Positions 1-13,322 of a stretch of DNA of 64,000 nucleotides are shown one piece after another (the first letter of the stretch is position 1; each line of letters begins with the position of its first letter). The notes under the pieces are model-generated. The model was not told where the DNA came from and searched no databases. It worked only from the letters and a program-made list of their open reading frames with translations. The translations under genes were made by a program, and so were the position numbers. Origin of the DNA: an uncultured Alphaproteobacteria bacterium (GTDB taxonomy: Bacteria; Pseudomonadota; Alphaproteobacteria; Rs-D84); the NCBI GenBank assembly GCA_946188105.1, contig CAMHTQ010000002.1, forward strand, positions 111,973 through 175,972, given 5' to 3'.

Positions 1-30
1 GTAATAAAACATTTAATAAAATGTTTGCAT

Positions 31-52
31 AAAAAAACCGGCAAATGCCGGT
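31..52 (-). terminator. Rho-independent terminator hairpin CCGGCAAATGCCGG, a member of the recurring hairpin family
   Basis: Perfect palindrome ccggcaaatgccgg at 38-51, preceded on the + strand by an A-run (a T-run on the - strand). It lies downstream of the minus-strand tRNA-Gln. Confidence 0.5.
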
Positions 53-60
53 TGAATTTT

Positions 61-134
61 TGGTTGGAGCGCACGGATTCGAACCATGATAAAGAGAACC
101 AAAATCTCTTGTCCTACCATTAGACGACGCTCCA
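61..134 (-). tRNA. tRNA-Gln (anticodon TTG)
   Basis: The reverse complement folds as a cloverleaf. Acceptor TGGAGCG/CGCTCCA, discriminator A plus CCA, D arm GTC-TAATGGTAG-GAC, anticodon stem AGAGA/TCTCT with loop TTTTGGT (U33, anticodon TTG), T arm CATGG-TTCGAAT-CCGTG. Confidence 0.8.
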
Positions 135-293
135 ATGACGCGTAAATTATAACTATTAAAAATCTTTTTGCAATAAAAAAATCAGTGGTCTGACCTTACC
201 CCTTAAATACATTGTTGTTTTTATAACTTTGTGATACAACGGACACTATGTTATCAACTCTCGAGGCAATGGTTCGTTAAATGTTGATTCAGA

Positions 294-327
294 TAAAAAA
301 ACGCCCAATCTGGCGTTTTTTATTTTA
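294..327. terminator. Bidirectional rho-independent terminator
   Basis: The sequence aaaaaaacgcccaatctggcgttttttatttt forms a GC stem (cgccca/ggcg) flanked by an A-run and a T-run. It lies just downstream of the stop of minus-strand CDS 339..1496. Confidence 0.6.
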
Positions 328-338
328 ACTGGTTGTCA

Positions 339-1496
339 TTATGGACACATTTCCAACTGATCCAAAACATTTTGAACATCCATATTCACAGATTCTGTGA
401 CCGAACGTCCCAAACCATCATGATGTTTGTATTCAAATGGTGCATTCGCAAATGCAGGATATTCTGTGTACAGTTGTTCAAATGGTGCCAACAATGCACG
501 TATTGTTGATTTTGATTTACAAATACAACTGTTTCTGACATCGGCAACTGTTGCAGATGTGGCCTCGTATTTCTGGGTACCTGCGATTTCTTCATCGCTC
601 ATAACGACACAACGTGCGCCAAATCCAGAAAAGTTGGCATCATCTGCCAAGAATTTATAAATTAAATCTTGGGATGCACCCGCCTTTTTCAATTTGTATG
701 TAATACCACCAGTACAGCAAGATTGCGAAGCGCGCATCAATGTACGATATCTGCTCAACAATGGTGACATAGATTTGTCATTTGCAGAAATATTTGGGTT
801 GCTTTGAATCTTGGCTGATATCTCGCTCATAACACTGGCACGCAATTTCTTGCTGCGCGGTGCAACTGTTTCAGAAACAACAGGTTTTTTTAACCAAACA
901 GCACATTCTTTTGGTGTATCAAAAGGACATTCTGCCTCGGGCGAATGTGCCAATGATTTTTTATACATAAATTCACTGTATTGTGCAGATTTGGATAATG
1001 CAGCACTTTCAGATTCAGAAAATTCAGCATCTGTTTCAGATACATTATCTGCATCACCATACAAAAAGTTGTTTATGATATAAACTGTTTCACCATAATA
1101 ACTCTGTTCACCCAATTCAAATCCAGCCTGATTAAATTTATGGGCTTTTTTATTGGCTTTCATATTCTTGGATTCGACATCTGGGAACTTTAATGGTGCC
1201 AAAATAACAGATTGTTCATCGCTGCTATTGGAAATAATAGCATCATCTGTCCATAAATTTTGAACTGACTTGCAAGGGATAAGTAATTCGTCTACACGCA
1301 AACGCATGGCGGCGAGTTCATCCATGGTTTCTGTCATGTATTCTTGTTCGCTGATTTTGACATTGTCCACGACGGGCTGTTCCTCGGCAACAATTGGTGT
1401 GACCAATTCTTCTTCTTCCAAAGTGTCAGACGCCCATGCATGTTGTGCGATGCATATACATAACAGGGATGATAAAATAAATATTGGTTGTTTCAT
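339..1496 (-). CDS. Secreted hypothetical protein (385 aa) with signal peptide
   Basis: N-terminus MKQPIFILSSLLCICIAQHAWA is a typical Sec signal peptide. Acidic N-half, several Cys in the C-half (CCTGG, CICKS). No recognisable catalytic motif. Confidence 0.6.
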   Translation of the reverse strand: MKQPIFILSSLLCICIAQHAWASDTLEEEELVTPIVAEEQPVVDNVKISEQEYMTETMDELAAMRLRVDELLIPCKSVQNLWTDDAIISNSSDEQSVILAPLKFPDVESKNMKANKKAHKFNQAGFELGEQSYYGETVYIINNFLYGDADNVSETDAEFSESESAALSKSAQYSEFMYKKSLAHSPEAECPFDTPKECAVWLKKPVVSETVAPRSKKLRASVMSEISAKIQSNPNISANDKSMSPLLSRYRTLMRASQSCCTGGITYKLKKAGASQDLIYKFLADDANFSGFGARCVVMSDEEIAGTQKYEATSATVADVRNSCICKSKSTIRALLAPFEQLYTEYPAFANAPFEYKHHDGLGRSVTESVNMDVQNVLDQLEMCP

Positions 1497-1606
1497 ACTC
1501 GTAATTATACCACAAAATAGGGCTTTTTAAAATAAAAATTTATTGTTGCGATATTTTGCAAATTTTTTTACCATCTAGGATATAATTCATAACCAAGAGG
1601 AAAAAA

Positions 1607-2554
1607 ATGAAAAAAACTTGTGTGTTCACATTGGCTGCTGTTTTAACAATGCCTGCTTTTGCAGAAACAAACACTGCTGATACTACTGGATTGTCAAATG
1701 AATATGGAATGCAAAATGTCGAAAATGAAATGATTGCACCAATTCCCGAAACAACAAAATATGAATCCAGCAACCCCGAAATCAAATTTCCTCGTGGTAT
1801 GCAATTTGGTGTCGGTGTTTCTGCAACCAGTGGTCTGAACGGGTTTGTCGGATACAATAATAAAAAATTTGATTCTTTTTGGTGGAAAAGATTAGGATTC
1901 CGTTTTGATTTCGCATCAACAAAACCTGTAAAATCTTTTATAGATAACCTTGTTGATAAATATATGGGTGATGGAATCGAGATTGGTGACAATTTGACAA
2001 TTACAGATGGCAAGATTAAATCTCATCATATGGCGGCTTTGATCGATATTTATCCATTTGGTGATACTTGGTTCTTGGGTGGTTGGCGTCTGACTGGTGG
2101 TTACATGTTTGGTAAAATGGATGTCAAGGCCATGCTGACCGGCAGTGATGACAGATTGGCGGAATTTGCAGGAAAACAATTCGAAATCTGGGGAACTAAA
2201 TACCAATATACAGGTGGCGATGTTCATGGCACTGCTAATGCCAATTGGGATATCAAAGGGCCATATGCAGGAACCGGTTTTGATATAGGTTTATTCAGCG
2301 GGTTCAAAATGTTTATGGATATGGGTGTTGTGTTCACAAACAAGGCCGCAGAATTATCTATGTATGTTCCTGTTGCGGGTACTGGTTTGGAATACTGGGA
2401 TACTTCAACAAATTCATGGAAACCAGTCAATACACCTGCCTTAGAGAACACCTTGCACGAGAATATAGATAAAACATTACAAGATGCACGGGATGAATTA
2501 AACAAATACAAATTCTTCCCAATCGTCAAGATGGGCTTTATGTACAGATTCTAG
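1607..2554 (+). CDS. Outer-membrane beta-barrel protein (315 aa)
   Basis: Signal peptide MKKTCVFTLAAVLTMPAFA. Alternating amphipathic Gly/aromatic-rich segments. C-terminal ...MGFMYRF ends in Phe, the OMP beta-barrel signature. Good RBS aagaggaaaaaaATG. Confidence 0.7.
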   Translation: MKKTCVFTLAAVLTMPAFAETNTADTTGLSNEYGMQNVENEMIAPIPETTKYESSNPEIKFPRGMQFGVGVSATSGLNGFVGYNNKKFDSFWWKRLGFRFDFASTKPVKSFIDNLVDKYMGDGIEIGDNLTITDGKIKSHHMAALIDIYPFGDTWFLGGWRLTGGYMFGKMDVKAMLTGSDDRLAEFAGKQFEIWGTKYQYTGGDVHGTANANWDIKGPYAGTGFDIGLFSGFKMFMDMGVVFTNKAAELSMYVPVAGTGLEYWDTSTNSWKPVNTPALENTLHENIDKTLQDARDELNKYKFFPIVKMGFMYRF

Positions 2555-2571
2555 TGGTTAACGAATCGGGG

Positions 2572-2594
2572 TGCATGTGTGCCCCGATTTTTTA
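2572..2594 (+). terminator. Rho-independent terminator of the OMP gene
   Basis: Hairpin aatcggggtgcatgtgtgccccgatt followed by tttttt. Confidence 0.7.
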
Positions 2595-2749
2595 TAACGA
2601 ATCGAAAAATGCATAAATTACGAATCGTTGAACAAGAAACTAGTTCTGGAATAGAAAATAAAATTAAATTTTTTGAAAAAATTTTTTGGCAGATTTCTGC
2701 GGTTTTTTAAAATGTTTGAATAAAAGTAAAAGTTTTTTCTAAAAAACAC

Positions 2750-2785
2750 TTGACTTTTTTATTATTTCAATTCATACTATGCGGG
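2750..2785 (+). promoter_or_regulatory. Candidate rRNA operon promoter (sigma70-like) with GC-rich discriminator
   Basis: TTGACT at 2750-2755, a 17-nt spacer, then catact/atacta, followed by the GC-rich tgcgggc discriminator typical of stringently controlled rRNA promoters. It sits about 340 nt upstream of the 16S 5' end. Additional TTGACA-like boxes occur at ~2962 and ~3030. Confidence 0.35.
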
Positions 2786-3120
2786 CTTTCAAGTTGAGAC
2801 AAAAATTTCCCAACCTATGAAATTTCGCGATAATATATTGAAATCGCAACATTGTTAATAAAAGCAGCTCATCAAATGTGATTTTTGATGCGTATTTTTA
2901 TGCAATCAAAAATTGTTCAAGAAGAGATATGCAGACAGTTGAATTTGGAATTATCCAAACTTTGACAAAGTCAATGTGCATATCTTAAGACAGGTAGTAG
3001 GTTTTTAATTTAAACCTCGTTAAAATAACTTGTCTTGCGAATATATATATGTAAAGACGAACTGAATTTATGTCAGCTTTGTTTTATTATGCACAGGACT
3101 TATGACTACAAGTTTTTTAG

Positions 3121-4621
<1,501 letters not shown>

Positions 4622-4737
4622 ATAGAGAAAACCGTTTTCACGAAAACGGTCAACCCAAATGCGACTGTCTGAATATCTCTTTTTGATGATTCTGGTATCA
4701 GCAGAACTTATGGCTTGAAATCAGAATGTTGGTTTAT

Positions 4738-4814
4738 GGGTCAGTAGTTCAGTTGGTTAGAATGTCGCTCTGATACAGCGAAGGTCGAAGATTCGAGTTC
4801 TTCCTGACCCACCA
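4738..4814 (+). tRNA. tRNA-Ile (anticodon GAT) in the 16S-23S spacer
   Basis: GGGTCAGTAGTTCAGTTGGTTAGAATGTCGCTCTGATACAGCGAAGGTCGAAGATTCGAGTTCTTCCTGACCCACCA. Acceptor GGGTCAG/CTGACCC, anticodon stem TCGCT/AGCGA, loop CTGATAC. No tRNA-Ala is present in the spacer. Confidence 0.9.
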
Positions 4815-5119
4815 CTTTTTAGATGAGGTTGAAATCAAAAATGAGAAATCATTTTTGATTCCAAATATTCCAATGAATATCCAATGGAATCTGCTTTTAT
4901 AGCAATACATTGTTAATCGGTTTTTATGTCACAAGTTAAACGAAAGTTTAATTTGTTGTACATCGTAATCTCAAAAATATCTTTCTAACAACAAAGGATA
5001 ACCACGTATGTGGTAATTCAATTTGCAAGAAAGCAAGAATCAACTAAGCTTAAAGAAAACTCATTCAAGTTATTTTTAAGTGTTTGAAGACATTCTCTTC
5101 AAGCATAAGATAAAAAGTA

Positions 5120-7860
<2,741 letters not shown>

Positions 7861-7940
7861 ATCTTATCGTTTGTTTAATTACAAACGATAATGCTTGAAG
7901 AGAATGTTGATTCAAAAGTTTACGATGTGCTGGATTTAAT

Positions 7941-8056
7941 TCTGGTGATTATAGAGCGGAAGTCACCCTCTGTTCCATCCCGAACCAGACAGGGAAACTC
8001 CGTATCGCCGATGGTACTTTGGCTTAAGCCACGGAAGAGTAGGTCGTCGCCAGAAT
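7941..8056 (+). rRNA. rrf: 5S ribosomal RNA
   Basis: About 116 nt. The 5' tctggtga pairs with the 3' tcgccaga (helix I). Internal ccgaaccagacagggaaactccgtatcgccgatggtac matches the conserved 5S loop B/C region. It lies immediately 3' of the 23S. Confidence 0.8.
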
Positions 8057-8088
8057 TAAGTCCAGATGGACATAAAAACCGAAATTTA

Positions 8089-8113
8089 AACCGCCCTTTT
8101 GGGCGGTTTTTTG
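8089..8113 (+). terminator. rRNA operon terminator
   Basis: aaaccgcccttttgggcggttttttg has a perfect GC stem plus a U-tract. Confidence 0.8.
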
Positions 8114-8149
8114 TTGGAAAAACAGGGTTTTTTTGATATAATTAAAAGC

Positions 8150-8782
8150 ATGAATACAGAAAAAATTATTCAAGATATTCTAGACGAAATGAGCAAAATG
8201 TTCCACGATGCTGTTGGACCACGTTCACGTCGTGAATATATGAAAAAAAATGATATTCGTGATAGTGATTGGCATTTTCAGTTAAATGTTGAACAAATTA
8301 TAAAGAATAAAATTCCCGCCAATGTTATGGGATGTACTGGTCGTGCAAAATTATTTTGTGAACTTGCAAAACGCAAGGGAATAAACGCATCGGTCGTATG
8401 TACGGCTAAATACAAAGATTGGAAAGACGTAAAAAACGGAAAAAGTGATCGTATCAGAAACGGTCATCAAATAAACGCTGTTAAAATTGATGGTGTTTGG
8501 CGTGTTTTTGATGCAGGATACGAAAAGTTAAAATTTATCAAAACAGATTTAACCCCAGGCAGTTTTCTTACCGACGAAGATATTGTTACTGCGGTTGTGC
8601 CTGGTGACAAGTTTCAAAAGGTTGATAGATACAGAAAATTACATAACTTGTATGTCAGCGGCGATATGAATAATTCAGAATTCACAATAAAACCAAAATT
8701 GTTTCAAAGAGGAACAAAACTTGTTCGTAATAAAATAATGCGACCATTAAGATTGCTGGCAAAAAAAGGTGAAAGACAATAG
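8150..8782 (+). CDS. Transglutaminase-like cysteine peptidase superfamily protein (about 210 aa)
   Basis: MGCTGRAKLFCELAKRKGINASVVC resembles the transglutaminase-core Cys motif (G-C-x-x-x-A-x-L-F...GIPAR-V). A downstream His (NGHQINAVKIDGVWRVFD) and Asp complete a possible Cys-His-Asp triad. The start is placed at the ATG at 8150, after the rrn terminator. The ORF-track start at 8099 overlaps that terminator. Confidence 0.45.
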   Translation: MNTEKIIQDILDEMSKMFHDAVGPRSRREYMKKNDIRDSDWHFQLNVEQIIKNKIPANVMGCTGRAKLFCELAKRKGINASVVCTAKYKDWKDVKNGKSDRIRNGHQINAVKIDGVWRVFDAGYEKLKFIKTDLTPGSFLTDEDIVTAVVPGDKFQKVDRYRKLHNLYVSGDMNNSEFTIKPKLFQRGTKLVRNKIMRPLRLLAKKGERQ

Positions 8783-8807
8783 AAACCGCCAAATTGTGCG
8801 GTTTTTT
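8783..8807 (+). terminator. Rho-independent terminator
   Basis: aaaccgccaaattgtgcggtttttt. Confidence 0.7.
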
Positions 8808-8864
8808 GTTGCAATTTTTTTGGTGCATATTACAATAAACTCGAAATATTTATGGAGATTTTAA

Positions 8865-9137
8865 ATGTCTTATAATGTATACAGCACCAATAACAGAATT
8901 ATGAAAATGAAAGATGTTGACCGCGAGTTAAAGAAAATCGGCACATGGCGTGAAAATGAAAAAGAAATAATCATAGGTATATTGGTCGTTTTATTAAGTT
9001 GTGGAATGTTGTATGCTGGTATAAAAAAATTTCAAAAAAATAATATGTACTTAACAATTGAAGTAAAGAAAACCCCAAAAGCAGCGAATAATAGTAATAC
9101 GTATTTTTATCTGGAAAAGCAAGGAATTCAAAGATAA
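8865..9137 (+). CDS. Small single-pass membrane protein (90 aa), hypothetical
   Basis: Central hydrophobic helix IIIGILVVLLSCGMLYAGI. It has its own RBS (ggagattttaaATG), and a terminator follows. Confidence 0.45.
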   Translation: MSYNVYSTNNRIMKMKDVDRELKKIGTWRENEKEIIIGILVVLLSCGMLYAGIKKFQKNNMYLTIEVKKTPKAANNSNTYFYLEKQGIQR

Positions 9138-9160
9138 AACTGGACCGCCAAAGTGGTGGT

Positions 9161-9186
9161 TTTTTTATTGAAAATATATTGACATA
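9161..9186 (+). repeat. Repeated terminator-tail/promoter cassette, copy 1 (TTTTTTTATTGAAAATATATTGACA)
   Basis: 26-nt near-identical copy at 9882-9907 with one mismatch. It contains a consensus -35 TTGACA, with tatatt/tatact 17 nt downstream as the -10. Confidence 0.6.
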
Positions 9187-9234
9187 TATAAATTTTGTGC
9201 TATATTTACTTGTGTAAACAATAAAAGGAAAAAA

Positions 9235-9852
9235 ATGTTTAAAAGAACCACAAAAAAAACAGTAAGAATGGAAGTTTTTACAAATATTCACCTTTATATA
9301 GATGCCCAAGGAAAATATTGTGTGGCATATAAAAAACAAGATTTGTCTGTTCAGGCACTTGCACATCCTGTTGAAACAAATATGAATCCGGGTCATGCCA
9401 ATTGTTTTAAATTTGATACAATTACTGATGCAAACAAATGTTTGCAAGCAATCTATCTGTATTTGCATCCAAAGGCCAGGGTAACAAATGCTACGAAATT
9501 GTATAAAAGTCAAAACGCCAAGACCAAAATATCAAATATAGAATACAGATATTTTTTCAGACCTGAATTTAATCATGTTTGGAATCCAGCCAATGGCTAT
9601 ACCGAATGGCTTGTTAATATTCCAGATTTAAAAACAGAATATAAAGAAATGATGGGTTTAGATTTACATTGTTATTATGAACAATACACAAAACAAATCG
9701 AAAAAGAACAAAAAGTTATCGCCAAAGAAGAAGCAAAAGCGAAAAAACTTAGCGATAAAAGAGTAAAGCAAATGATAAAAGATCGTGACAGAAAAGATAA
9801 AATTTTATGCCATATGTTGTACCGAGGTGCAAAGAAATGGGGTTATGTATAA
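9235..9852 (+). CDS. Hypothetical protein (205 aa), no signal peptide
   Basis: ORF with RBS aaaaggaaaaaaATG. Lys-rich coiled-coil C-terminus. No recognised motif. Confidence 0.45.
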   Translation: MFKRTTKKTVRMEVFTNIHLYIDAQGKYCVAYKKQDLSVQALAHPVETNMNPGHANCFKFDTITDANKCLQAIYLYLHPKARVTNATKLYKSQNAKTKISNIEYRYFFRPEFNHVWNPANGYTEWLVNIPDLKTEYKEMMGLDLHCYYEQYTKQIEKEQKVIAKEEAKAKKLSDKRVKQMIKDRDRKDKILCHMLYRGAKKWGYV

Positions 9853-9881
9853 AAATAAGATTGAAACCGTCAGCATGGCGG

Positions 9882-9907
9882 TTTTTTTATTGGAAATATA
9901 TTGACAG
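9882..9907 (+). repeat. Repeated terminator-tail/promoter cassette, copy 2
   Basis: tttttttattggaaatatattgaca. See copy 1. Confidence 0.6.
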
Positions 9908-9949
9908 TCGGTATATCCTATACTATTCTCTGGCAAAAGCTTAGATAAA

Positions 9950-10987
9950 ATGATTGTTTACAAAAGTAAAAGATTTTTACTACTGGTTGCTATGGGAACA
10001 TTGTTAATTGCTGCCCAGGATACTGATGAAAAACAAAAATTTGAAAATGGTAAAGATCATTTGCGTCAAGAAATAGAATCTGCAAAAAAAGAATTATATT
10101 TGGTTCGTCCGCATATTGAAAAACAGGTCCAAGACAGCATTGCTAACTATGATAAAACATCAACAAATGCACTGTTGTTGCAAGAAAAACGGCAAGAAAA
10201 ACAAGATTTACAAATCAAAATTACCCAAATTACAGAACAATGTTGGAAAGAATATTGGTTGAAAAACTTTCCAAAATATACGGCATACATAGATTCTTTG
10301 TTTTCTGAAAAAGATATCCAAGAATTATCAGATTACGTTGATTTGGCACATTTTACACTCAGTTGCGACATAGATACAAATTACTATAATTCATTGGATG
10401 AAATATTATACGGCCCATATTGGCGAGAATTTGCGTTTTTTATATCATCTGAATCACCAAAGTTGGCGAAAAAATATACAAATGTTCGTAAATCTGCGGA
10501 ACAGCAATACCCATTTATATTTCCAAAAACGGTCTTTTACGATGGACCACAAATAACAACAACGGATTCAACCAAGGCAAATGCCACATTTACCGAGGCG
10601 ATTAAATTGGGGCGGGAATTATTGCGTCAAAAATCTGTCGCTCCAAACAATTATATGTATAAATACAATAAATACCGTAATGTTTCTAAAATATTTACAG
10701 CCGATATACACTTTTTTGTTGAAAGTATTTTTGTTGGATACCAAGAATATATGGATTTGCAATCTCCATTATTTGCATTGCATATAGATGAATTACAAAC
10801 ATTAACAAATGATGTTATATCGCTGAATTCCCAGATAATCCGGTTAAATATACGACATGACAAAGAGATCAAAAATATAAAAAATCATTTTGATACCATA
10901 GTCAGACAGCAAGAATCAGATAAATCCGCCCATATTAAATTATTACAAAATGCGCTAGAAATGTTTTCAGCCCAAAAAACAAAATAA
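9950..10987 (+). CDS. Secreted coiled-coil hypothetical protein (345 aa)
   Basis: Signal-peptide-like N-terminus MIVYKSKRFLLLVAMGTLLIAAQ. The sequence is Glu/Lys/Gln-rich throughout. Confidence 0.45.
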   Translation: MIVYKSKRFLLLVAMGTLLIAAQDTDEKQKFENGKDHLRQEIESAKKELYLVRPHIEKQVQDSIANYDKTSTNALLLQEKRQEKQDLQIKITQITEQCWKEYWLKNFPKYTAYIDSLFSEKDIQELSDYVDLAHFTLSCDIDTNYYNSLDEILYGPYWREFAFFISSESPKLAKKYTNVRKSAEQQYPFIFPKTVFYDGPQITTTDSTKANATFTEAIKLGRELLRQKSVAPNNYMYKYNKYRNVSKIFTADIHFFVESIFVGYQEYMDLQSPLFALHIDELQTLTNDVISLNSQIIRLNIRHDKEIKNIKNHFDTIVRQQESDKSAHIKLLQNALEMFSAQKTK

Positions 10988-11280
10988 AAACCGCCCGACA
11001 AACCTCATTTTCGGATGTTTATGAAAACAAGGTGTCGTTGAATGGCGGTTTTTACAACGCCCCAATATTTTATGGTTAGCGGGGCATTGCTGGTCTTTAT
11101 GACCCCAAACCCTTGATAAAATCATTGGGTTTGCTGCGGTATCATAAAAGACATAGATATTATGTGCCATTTTACCTTGTGTTTCCACAGGGACGTTTTC
11201 TTATGATTTTTGTTGCACTTTTAAAATTTTAGTCTAGAATCTTTAATATACGAGAGAGAATAAATATAAAAGGTCAAAAA

Positions 11281-11628
11281 ATGAAGAAAATTATTTTATT
11301 GTCTCTTGTGTTTGGTTTGATTACCAGTTCTGCTTTTGCAACATATTACCAAACAACAACTTCTGATTGCAGTGATGCCGCTATGATGGCTGAATTAGAC
11401 AGAGCAACTGCCACACATCGTGCAGTGGTTACTGATGTTACATGCACATACAGTGTGCCAAAACCAGCACCTCAGGTTGCAAAGCCAGCATACAAACCTG
11501 TATATAAACCAACAACATATTTCTATTACGAAGAATATGAAACTGTGGTTGTTGAACCAGCACCAACAGTTGAGGTAATCAGTGTTGTCGAAGAAGAAAG
11601 TTGTTCTTGTGTTAAATGTGGTTGCTAA
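11281..11628 (+). CDS. Small secreted protein (115 aa) with Pro/Lys repeats and a C-terminal Cys cluster
   Basis: Signal peptide MKKIILLSLVFGLITSSAFA. Repeats KPAPQVAKPAYKPVYKP. C-terminal SCSCVKCGC. Confidence 0.5.
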   Translation: MKKIILLSLVFGLITSSAFATYYQTTTSDCSDAAMMAELDRATATHRAVVTDVTCTYSVPKPAPQVAKPAYKPVYKPTTYFYYEEYETVVVEPAPTVEVISVVEEESCSCVKCGC

Positions 11629-11660
11629 AGTATAATAAAAACCCATTTCGAGTTTGAAAT

Positions 11661-11879
11661 ATGCAGAAAACACAAAAACAACAATCCAGACATAAAAATG
11701 CCAAAACCATCTTTTGGTGTGTCGTGTTTGTTTTGATTTGGACAGCATTGGTTGTGGCAAATGCATATGATACAGCAAAACGTGCCAAAGGAATGTTCAG
11801 TTCTGAAACACAAAACAACAATGTTCAAAATGCACAACAACAAATGGGTGTTTATACTAATGTCGGCAAAGTAAGATAA
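11661..11879 (+). CDS. Small single-pass membrane protein (72 aa), hypothetical
   Basis: Hydrophobic helix IFWCVVFVLIWTALVVANA after a basic N-terminus. Confidence 0.35.
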   Translation: MQKTQKQQSRHKNAKTIFWCVVFVLIWTALVVANAYDTAKRAKGMFSSETQNNNVQNAQQQMGVYTNVGKVR

Positions 11880-11915
11880 AATGCCGGCAAATATCGGGAA
11901 AAAATAGGACAGAAA

Positions 11916-12569
11916 ATGATAAAAACAAACGCACAGCTAAACAAAATGTCGACAAAACAATTAGTGGGTTATTTATCTAAACATTATTTGTTATACGAAA
12001 CAACCGTGTTGCCAGAATCAATAAAAATTGGTGATATTGAAATAAAGCAAATCAAAACACCAAAAAATACAAATGCAACAACATGTTGTGGTGATATTTA
12101 CGGATTTTATGTAAATGGCAAAGCAGTATATTTGCACGATGAAATCTTGGAAAATGGCAGTAATGAATTGTTTTTTCAAATTGTAAAATTATACAATAAA
12201 ATTCTGTACAGAAAAAACACAACAAAAGCAAGATTTATTAATTTCAAGACAAACATTACGAATTTTGCATGGGTGGGTGTTTATACATTATTGGTTGGAA
12301 CGGCTGGATATATGATTGGTCAACAAGAGCAACAGAAAAAAGATATGCCTGAATTCGAACCTAAAAAAGAATGCCCAAAACAAACACCGGTCAAATCAGA
12401 AAATCAAACTGTGTTGTATGGCGATGTTCGTGATTTCCAAATACCACAAGAACAAACTTTTGATACAGTAAAATCAAATGTAGCAAATGATACAAAATAT
12501 CAAGATACTCTCAGAATTTATGGTGATATTCGTGATTTTGTATTAAAAGGTAATCAAAATACAAAATAA
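11916..12569 (+). CDS. Hypothetical single-pass membrane protein (217 aa), paralog A
   Basis: N-terminal soluble domain of about 110 aa, a mid-protein TM helix (FAWVGVYTLLVGTAGYMIG), and a C-terminal tail. It shares this architecture with the adjacent gene 12585..13127. Confidence 0.5.
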   Translation: MIKTNAQLNKMSTKQLVGYLSKHYLLYETTVLPESIKIGDIEIKQIKTPKNTNATTCCGDIYGFYVNGKAVYLHDEILENGSNELFFQIVKLYNKILYRKNTTKARFINFKTNITNFAWVGVYTLLVGTAGYMIGQQEQQKKDMPEFEPKKECPKQTPVKSENQTVLYGDVRDFQIPQEQTFDTVKSNVANDTKYQDTLRIYGDIRDFVLKGNQNTK

Positions 12570-12584
12570 GGGGGTAAAACAGGA

Positions 12585-13127
12585 ATGCACGTTATGGATC
12601 AGTCCTTACCAGATTTAGTAAAATATTTAAATAAATGTTATAAAGAATATAATGTCAGTCGTGTTGATGGGTTTTGGAAAATTGGCGATGTATGTATTGC
12701 AAAATTCCCAGATGCATATAGTTCAGATAGATTTTATATTCAAACACCTGAACACAAATATATTGTAACAAAAGACAGAATATACACAAAACAACCAATA
12801 AAAACAGAGTTGTATATCGAAGAGACAAATGTTTGGGTTGCGGATTCCGTATATGATAATTTAACCAAGTTATACAATGCGATAGAAAATCAATATAAAA
12901 AGAATAAAAAATCCCAACATACAAAGTTAGGATTGGTTGGTGTTTCTGTGTTGGTTATTGGTGGCGGAATATTATTATGGTTGGGTAGCAAGATTGATAA
13001 TAAAACTCAAACCCAAGAACGTAATCAAATAAAGAAAGAATATCTGGATGCAATGTATAAAAATGGCGATATAAATGATTCTGTGTATCAAGTTTATCAA
13101 AAAGAACTTGGTCAAAAAACAAAATAA
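12585..13127 (+). CDS. Hypothetical single-pass membrane protein (180 aa), paralog B
   Basis: Same architecture as 11916..12569 (LYNAIENQYKKNKKSQHTK followed by TM LGLVGVSVLVIGGGILLWLG). Strong RBS gggggtaaaacaggaATG. Confidence 0.5.
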   Translation: MHVMDQSLPDLVKYLNKCYKEYNVSRVDGFWKIGDVCIAKFPDAYSSDRFYIQTPEHKYIVTKDRIYTKQPIKTELYIEETNVWVADSVYDNLTKLYNAIENQYKKNKKSQHTKLGLVGVSVLVIGGGILLWLGSKIDNKTQTQERNQIKKEYLDAMYKNGDINDSVYQVYQKELGQKTK

Positions 13128-13130
13128 CAA

Positions 13131-13161
13131 AAAACACCGGTATTTGCCGGTGTTTTTTTTT
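13131..13161 (+). terminator. Rho-independent terminator (variant of the CCGG-hairpin family)
   Basis: caccggtatttgccggtg followed by ttttttttt. Confidence 0.75.
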
Positions 13162-13322
13162 AATACAAGAGGTGCGAATTACACAACTACAAAATCAGGG
13201 CAAAATATCGGTAAATACCGGCAAAAATAAAACAGAGATTTTGCAAAAAAATTGCTTGCAAAATGCCAGCTTTGCTTGCATAATCTTTTGGCAAAAATAA
13301 TCAACATATTAAAGGAGTAACC

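Noticed and set aside
8971-9513. 180-aa minus-strand ORF spanning two plus-strand genes and their intergenic cassette
   Set aside because: It is antisense to two well-supported small genes and their terminator-promoter module. It has a low-complexity Phe/Ile/Cys composition typical of AT-rich antisense frames, and no RBS.
10967-11188. 73-aa minus-strand ORF in the GC-rich intergenic region
   Set aside because: It has no RBS, its composition is atypical, and it overlaps predicted hairpins. The region is more plausibly non-coding and is reported as a candidate structured RNA.
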